NCBI GenBank assembly: GCA_040754495.1
Contig: JBFMCO010000035.1
Coordinates: forward strand, 1 to 18,778
DNA: 18,778 nucleotides
Origin: Candidatus Micrarchaeota archaeon
GTDB lineage: Archaea > Micrarchaeota > Micrarchaeia > Anstonellales > Bilamarchaeaceae
Direction: 5' to 3'
The first letter of the stretch is position 1, and every line of letters begins with the position of its first letter. The translations under genes were made by a program, and so were the position numbers. Below are positions 14,594-18,778 of the stretch, in pieces. The notes beneath the pieces are model-generated. The model was not told the origin of the DNA. It saw nothing but the letters and a program-made list of their open reading frames with translations, and did no database searches.

Positions 14594-15988
14594 TCACTTG
14601 AGTTCAGAGCGCTTTATCAGCATGGCCATGTTCCTTACGAAATCCGTGTGGTATTCCTCACTGAGGCACGCGGTGCAGAGCTGCAGGCCGACCGCCTTCT
14701 TCAGGCCTTCGAGCGATATGTAAGAGAGGCTCTCGGCGCCCAGGTAGTCCTTTATCTCGGCGACGCTCTTTTTATTAGCTATCAGTTCGCTGTAGCTGGA
14801 CATGTCCACGCCATAGAAGCATGGCGCCCTCACCGGCGGGCACGTAATCCTCAGGTGTATCTCCCTCGCCCCGGCCTTCCTGACAAGCGCCACTATCTCC
14901 TTTAGCGTGGTCCCGCGCACGATGCTGTCATCGACGAGCACGACGCGCTTGCCTGCCACTATATTCCCAATCGGGTTCAGCTTCAGCCTCACCGCGTCCG
15001 AGCGCTTCTCCTGGCTCGGCATTATGAACGTGCGCCCTATGTACCTGTTCTTGATGAGCCCCTCCTCTACAGGCAGGCCCAGCGCCTTGCCGTAGCTCGC
15101 CGCGGCCGTCCTGGAAGTGTCAGGCACGGGCACGACCACGTCCGCATCGGCTGGCGCCTCTGATGCCAGGATCTCGCCGAGCCGTTTCCGCACCTCGTAG
15201 ACGCTCTTCCCGTTGATGAGCGAGTCCGGCCTGGAGAAATACACGTATTCGAACATGCAGTGGCGCGCCTTCTCCGGCGCAAGCTGCTTCCTGTGGATTT
15301 TCCCCCCGTCCACGACCGCGATCTCCCCGCCCCGGATATCCCCCCTGTACGGGATGCCGTTTATGTCGAGCGCCACGGTTTCTGATGCGAAGCATATGAA
15401 ATCATCGTTCTCACCCCAGACAAGCGGCCTGAGGGCGAAGGGGTCCCTGAACACGATGAGCTTGCCGCGCGATATGGCCGCGACAGAGAATGCCCCCTCG
15501 ACCTTTCCCATCATGGACCCCACGGCCTTCTCGGCGTCCTTCTCCCGGTGCATCAGGTAGACCATGACCTCGGAATCGACCGAGCTGGTGAATTCGTAGC
15601 CGTCCTTCTCGAGCTCCTTCCTCAGGGCCTCGTAATTGGCAAGGTGGCCGTTGTGCGCCGCCGCATGCTCCCCGAAAACCATCGGCTGGACGTCGCACAT
15701 CCTGCACTCGCCGTATGTAGGATACCTCGTGTGGCCTATGCCCAGCCTGCCTTTGGCGCCCAAATCCTCGGGCCGAAAGACGCCGTCAACGAGGCCGATA
15801 CCGCGCCTCGCTTCAATCCCGCCGCCGTCATGCACGGCCAGGCCGGCCGCGTCCTGGCCGCGGTGCTGGAGCGCGACGAGCGCGCGGTATAGGTATGGCG
15901 CGACATCCTCCCCGGTCTTGGAGAAGATGCCCACGATGCCGCACTCCTCCCGCTTCTCGGTTAAAGGGTCGGCTATCCTCACAACCAT
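14594..15988 (-). CDS. purF: Amidophosphoribosyltransferase
   Basis: REECGIVG (N-terminal nucleophile Cys after the propeptide), LQHRGQDAAG, IGHTRY, AHNG, VDDSIVRGTT PRPP loop, Fe-S cysteines (HCMFE, CFYG, CTAC). Confidence 0.96.
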   Translation of the reverse strand: MVVRIADPLTEKREECGIVGIFSKTGEDVAPYLYRALVALQHRGQDAAGLAVHDGGGIEARRGIGLVDGVFRPEDLGAKGRLGIGHTRYPTYGECRMCDVQPMVFGEHAAAHNGHLANYEALRKELEKDGYEFTSSVDSEVMVYLMHREKDAEKAVGSMMGKVEGAFSVAAISRGKLIVFRDPFALRPLVWGENDDFICFASETVALDINGIPYRGDIRGGEIAVVDGGKIHRKQLAPEKARHCMFEYVYFSRPDSLINGKSVYEVRKRLGEILASEAPADADVVVPVPDTSRTAAASYGKALGLPVEEGLIKNRYIGRTFIMPSQEKRSDAVRLKLNPIGNIVAGKRVVLVDDSIVRGTTLKEIVALVRKAGAREIHLRITCPPVRAPCFYGVDMSSYSELIANKKSVAEIKDYLGAESLSYISLEGLKKAVGLQLCTACLSEEYHTDFVRNMAMLIKRSELK

Positions 15989-16009
15989 ATGCTAACAATA
16001 GATGCACCG

Positions 16010-16018
16010 CTTTTAATG
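16010..16018. promoter_or_regulatory. Central AT box CTTTTAATG between divergent purF and small membrane gene
   Basis: Centred in the 51-bp gap, 21 nt from each ATG (15988 and 16040). Confidence 0.45.
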
Positions 16019-16039
16019 ATTTGGTGAGGGTTTACTGGC

Positions 16040-16309
16040 ATGGCGACTCTCGAGGGCCTCGAAGCGGAAATAGCCGCGATAAAGCAGAGAAACGCGCGCG
16101 TCGAGGCTGACAAGGCATGGGAAACGAGCCTGGCCAGGAAGGCGATAATAGCCGCCGGCACCTACTCTTTCTCAGCCCTCCTCCTGCTCTCCATAAACGC
16201 CGAAAACGCCCTCCTCGCCGCGCTCGTGCCTTCAGCCGGCTTCATTCTTTCCACGCTCACCCTTCCGGTGCTAAAGGGCTGGTGGCTCGCAGGGCGGAAA
16301 TCCCGATGA
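16040..16309 (+). CDS. Small membrane protein of unknown function (RNARVEADKAWETS motif)
   Basis: Coiled-coil-like N-terminus, RNxRVExDKAWETS motif and two hydrophobic segments. I recall this motif from CPR/DPANN hypothetical proteins; unverified. Confidence 0.8.
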   Translation: MATLEGLEAEIAAIKQRNARVEADKAWETSLARKAIIAAGTYSFSALLLLSINAENALLAALVPSAGFILSTLTLPVLKGWWLAGRKSR

Positions 16310-16376
16310 CGCTTTCCGTCGTAGCCCTTTGGCAAATCTTATAAAAAGCCCCGCACAATATCCCTCCGGTATTCTT

Positions 16377-17540
16377 ATGCACAGAAAAGTAGCCATAATC
16401 GGGGCAGGCATGACGCCGTTCGGCGAGCACTGGGAGCACGGCTTCCGGGACCTGGTCGTGGAGGCCGGGGTCAAGGCCATCAGCGACGCCGGGATTTCCG
16501 GAGAGAAGATAGACGCCGGCTTCATCGGCACCATGGCATCGGGCCGCCTCGTCGGCCAGGAGCACATAGGCGCGCTGATTGCCGACTACATGGGCCTCAA
16601 CCCGATACCCATAACCCGCGTCGAGGGCGCCTGCGCATCGGGCAGCCTGGCGCTGCGGCAGGGATTCATGGCGGTCGCGAGCGGCATACACGACATAGTA
16701 GTCGTCGGAGGCGTGGAAAAGATGACCGACCTCGGCGTCAATACGGTCAGCGACATCCTCGGCGGTGCCGGGGACCAGGAGTGGGAGCTTTTCCTCGGCG
16801 CCACGTTCCCCGCTATATACGCCCTCATGGCCCGCAGGCACATGCACGATTACGGGACCACTGAGGAGATGCTCGCCAGCGTCGCGGTGAAGAACCACCG
16901 CCACGGCGCGAAGAACAAGTACGCGCAGTTCCAGAGCGAGATAACGATGGAGCAGGCCCTCAAGTCCAAGGCCATCGCCGACCCCCTGAAGGTCTTCGAC
17001 TGCTCTCCGATAAGCGACGGCGCAGCCGGCGTAGTCCTCGCCCCGCTCGAGCTCGCGCACAGCTTCACGAAGAAGCCCATAGAGATAGTCTCGAGCGCCC
17101 AGGCCAGCGACGCCATCGCCCTGCATTCGCGCGAGTCGCTGACAAGCCTGAAAGCCACCCAGGTGGCCGGAAAGAAGGCGTTCGAGATGGCCGGCATGGC
17201 TCCCAAGGACATGGATTTCGCCGAGATACACGACTGCTTCACAATAGCCGAGATAATGGCCATCGAGGACCTGGGCTTCTTCCCCAAAGGGAAGGGCGGC
17301 CAGGCGAGCCTTGATGGCAGAACGGCCATCGGCGCGGAAATCCCGGTGAACACCTCCGGCGGCCTCAAGGCCTGCGGCCACCCGGTGGGCGCGACCGGCA
17401 TAAAGCAGGCCGTGGAATGCGTCTGGCAGCTTAGGGGAGAAGCCGAGGGCAGGCAGGTAAAGGACGCGCACGTGGGCCTCAGCCACAACGTCGGGGGCAG
17501 CGGCGCGACCGCTGTCGTCCACATCTACCGGAACATGTAG
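16377..17540 (+). CDS. Archaeal-type thiolase (acetyl-CoA acetyltransferase)
   Basis: VAIIGAGMTPFG, RVEGACASG (catalytic Cys), GVEKM, AEIHDCFT, NTSGGLKACGHPVGATG. TATA CTTATAAAAA at 16338-16347 supports ATG 16377. Confidence 0.93.
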   Translation: MHRKVAIIGAGMTPFGEHWEHGFRDLVVEAGVKAISDAGISGEKIDAGFIGTMASGRLVGQEHIGALIADYMGLNPIPITRVEGACASGSLALRQGFMAVASGIHDIVVVGGVEKMTDLGVNTVSDILGGAGDQEWELFLGATFPAIYALMARRHMHDYGTTEEMLASVAVKNHRHGAKNKYAQFQSEITMEQALKSKAIADPLKVFDCSPISDGAAGVVLAPLELAHSFTKKPIEIVSSAQASDAIALHSRESLTSLKATQVAGKKAFEMAGMAPKDMDFAEIHDCFTIAEIMAIEDLGFFPKGKGGQASLDGRTAIGAEIPVNTSGGLKACGHPVGATGIKQAVECVWQLRGEAEGRQVKDAHVGLSHNVGGSGATAVVHIYRNM

Positions 17541-17543
17541 CTT

Positions 17544-18674
17544 ATGCCTCTTTATGGCAGGTTCGTGAGGGAGGAGCCTGATTACGGCGAGTTCGGGCTC
17601 GCGCAGGGGACGGATGGGAAGCTCTTCGTCATGGAGGGCAGCCGCCGCATCGCGTCATTCTCGCTCTCGCGCGAAGGCTCTTGCGTAACTGTGCGCAGCC
17701 TCAGCCCTGCAGGAGCCGCAGGCGATGAAAGGGTGCTCGGCTTCATCCTGTCCATGGCAGGGGCGGGCGCGGGCTGCGCCAAGGTCCTCCTGGATACCGC
17801 CCCGCCGCCCGATGAGGGCGTCGCATCCAGCCTCGGGCTGCACCCGGCCTTCATGCCGCCGCAGCCGCCCCTTTCGCGGCTCAAATGCTGGGCAGGCAAG
17901 GCATTCCCGCCTCTGGCCCGCGCAGCCTACCTGATAGGAAACCGCCTCCGCGCAGACCGCTTTCTCTTCGAAGGGTTTGTTTCCGGCAGGCGCCTGCGCA
18001 CCCTTCTCCTGGGCACGGGCCAGATGGCCGCTTACTATTCAAGCCAGATTTTCGACAACGAGAATCCGAGGCCCCTGCACCCGGACGCGGCATCGCCCGA
18101 CATCGTTCTCTCCTGCGCAGGATTGCGGCATTGCGGCGGGCTCGCCCTTCCGAAGATGGTGCGGGGGCTCCTGGACCTTCCGGCCTCGATGGAAGACTAC
18201 GAGGAATCCCTTGGCGATGCCGCGGCGGCAGACCTCAGGAAAATCCGGTCAGGTGGCTTGCGGCCTGAGGTCTCGAAAGACCCTGCAGACCTTGCGCTGT
18301 TCTACCATGGCATGTACCTGCCCACCCTGGCATCGCGCCACGGCGAGCATTCCATCGTGGCAGGGCCGCAGGAAATGGGCCGGTTCTTCCGGAAGGGGTT
18401 CCTGCTCATGATATGCCGCGGCCGCGAGACGCACGGCGGGGTGCTCGCATACGACTGCGGGGGCGGGCGCCTCGTCCTCAAGTACCTCGGCGTGCTCGGC
18501 GGCGACTTCCGCCTGACAAGGGCCGGGGTGAACTCCGCCATAATCGCATTCTCCATAAGCCACGCTATAAACGCCGGCCACCGGGTGCTCGATTTCGGCC
18601 TCGGCGGGCCGTTCAGGACCGACGGGCTCATAGCATACAAGAAGAAGTGGGGTGGAGTGAACCCCTATTTGTAG
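17544..18674 (+). CDS. GNAT-fold (Acetyltransf_6/FemAB-like) protein, C-terminus probably replaced by IS insertion
   Basis: DLRKIR...FYHGMYLPT, VLKYLGV, IAFSISHA...RVLDFG..., GLIAYKKKWG. The final residues (GVNPYL*) are encoded by the IS terminal repeat. Confidence 0.75.
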   Translation: MPLYGRFVREEPDYGEFGLAQGTDGKLFVMEGSRRIASFSLSREGSCVTVRSLSPAGAAGDERVLGFILSMAGAGAGCAKVLLDTAPPPDEGVASSLGLHPAFMPPQPPLSRLKCWAGKAFPPLARAAYLIGNRLRADRFLFEGFVSGRRLRTLLLGTGQMAAYYSSQIFDNENPRPLHPDAASPDIVLSCAGLRHCGGLALPKMVRGLLDLPASMEDYEESLGDAAAADLRKIRSGGLRPEVSKDPADLALFYHGMYLPTLASRHGEHSIVAGPQEMGRFFRKGFLLMICRGRETHGGVLAYDCGGGRLVLKYLGVLGGDFRLTRAGVNSAIIAFSISHAINAGHRVLDFGLGGPFRTDGLIAYKKKWGGVNPYL

Positions 18675-18778
18675 ACAACCAGTTAAGCCACATTCCCGTT
18701 TAAAAATCTCACCTCAAACTCATTGGGCGGCACATATCCTATCGACGAGTGCAGCCGCTTTGAGTTGTAGACCTCCTC
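18653..18778 (-). mobile_element. Right end of an IS3-family insertion sequence, continuing beyond the window
   Basis: Terminal repeat TGGAGTGAACCCCTATTTGTAGACA (18653-18677) has the IS3/IS150-type TG..TG.ACCCC...GACA layout and lies directly after a transposase stop codon. Confidence 0.85.
18683..18778 (-). CDS. IS3-family DDE transposase, C-terminal 31 aa
   Basis: Hand translation EEVYNSKRLHSSIGYVPPNEFEVRFLNGNVA* matches the YNxxRxHSxLGYxxPxEFE signature. Confidence 0.92.
   Translation of the reverse strand, partial: EEVYNSKRLHSSIGYVPPNEFEVRFLNGNVA

Noticed and set aside
6265-17522. Long alternative-frame or antisense ORFs (e.g. 6265-7410, 6829-7701, 8323-9420, 8382-9272, 11172-12380, 16257-17522)
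   Set aside because: Typical high-GC shadows of well-supported genes, with Arg/Pro/Gly-rich or antisense-codon composition and no motifs.

Overview
Gene-dense archaeal chromosomal window. Evidence: TATA-type promoters, GGTGA/GGTGG RBSs, archaeal-type PheT, Ogg and thiolase, and a split alpha/beta ADP-forming acetyl-CoA synthetase. A DPANN/Micrarchaeota-like origin is my inference, not shown. The GC-rich core (about 60% GC in spot counts) carries: a reduced aquaporin, an ICMT-family methyltransferase, an eL24/TRASH-like zinc finger, a Cys-rich secreted protein with a GGGCC-TM-KR tail, a DUF2207-MutT-MFS operon converging on a pduO-ogg-MFS operon, an atypical HD-GYP protein, acdB-acdA, purF-pheT, a small membrane protein, a thiolase and a GNAT-like gene. 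Three accessory elements interrupt it: (1) a lower-GC left end with an XRE-ImmA/IrrE gene, a 29-codon PIN-like remnant and an inverted-repeat operator; (2) a lower-GC patch near 12330-13005 with a perfect 20-bp palindrome and a solo Cas2/VapD-like gene, with no CRISPR array or other cas gene; (3) the right end of an IS3-family element, missed by the ORF track, inserted into the GNAT gene's 3' end. Best leads: the solo Cas2-like module, the Cys-Cys C-terminal sorting signal near an ICMT homolog, the variant HD-GYP, and three divergent gene pairs that each appear to share one central TATA box. All calls come from motif recognition by eye; no database searches were run.
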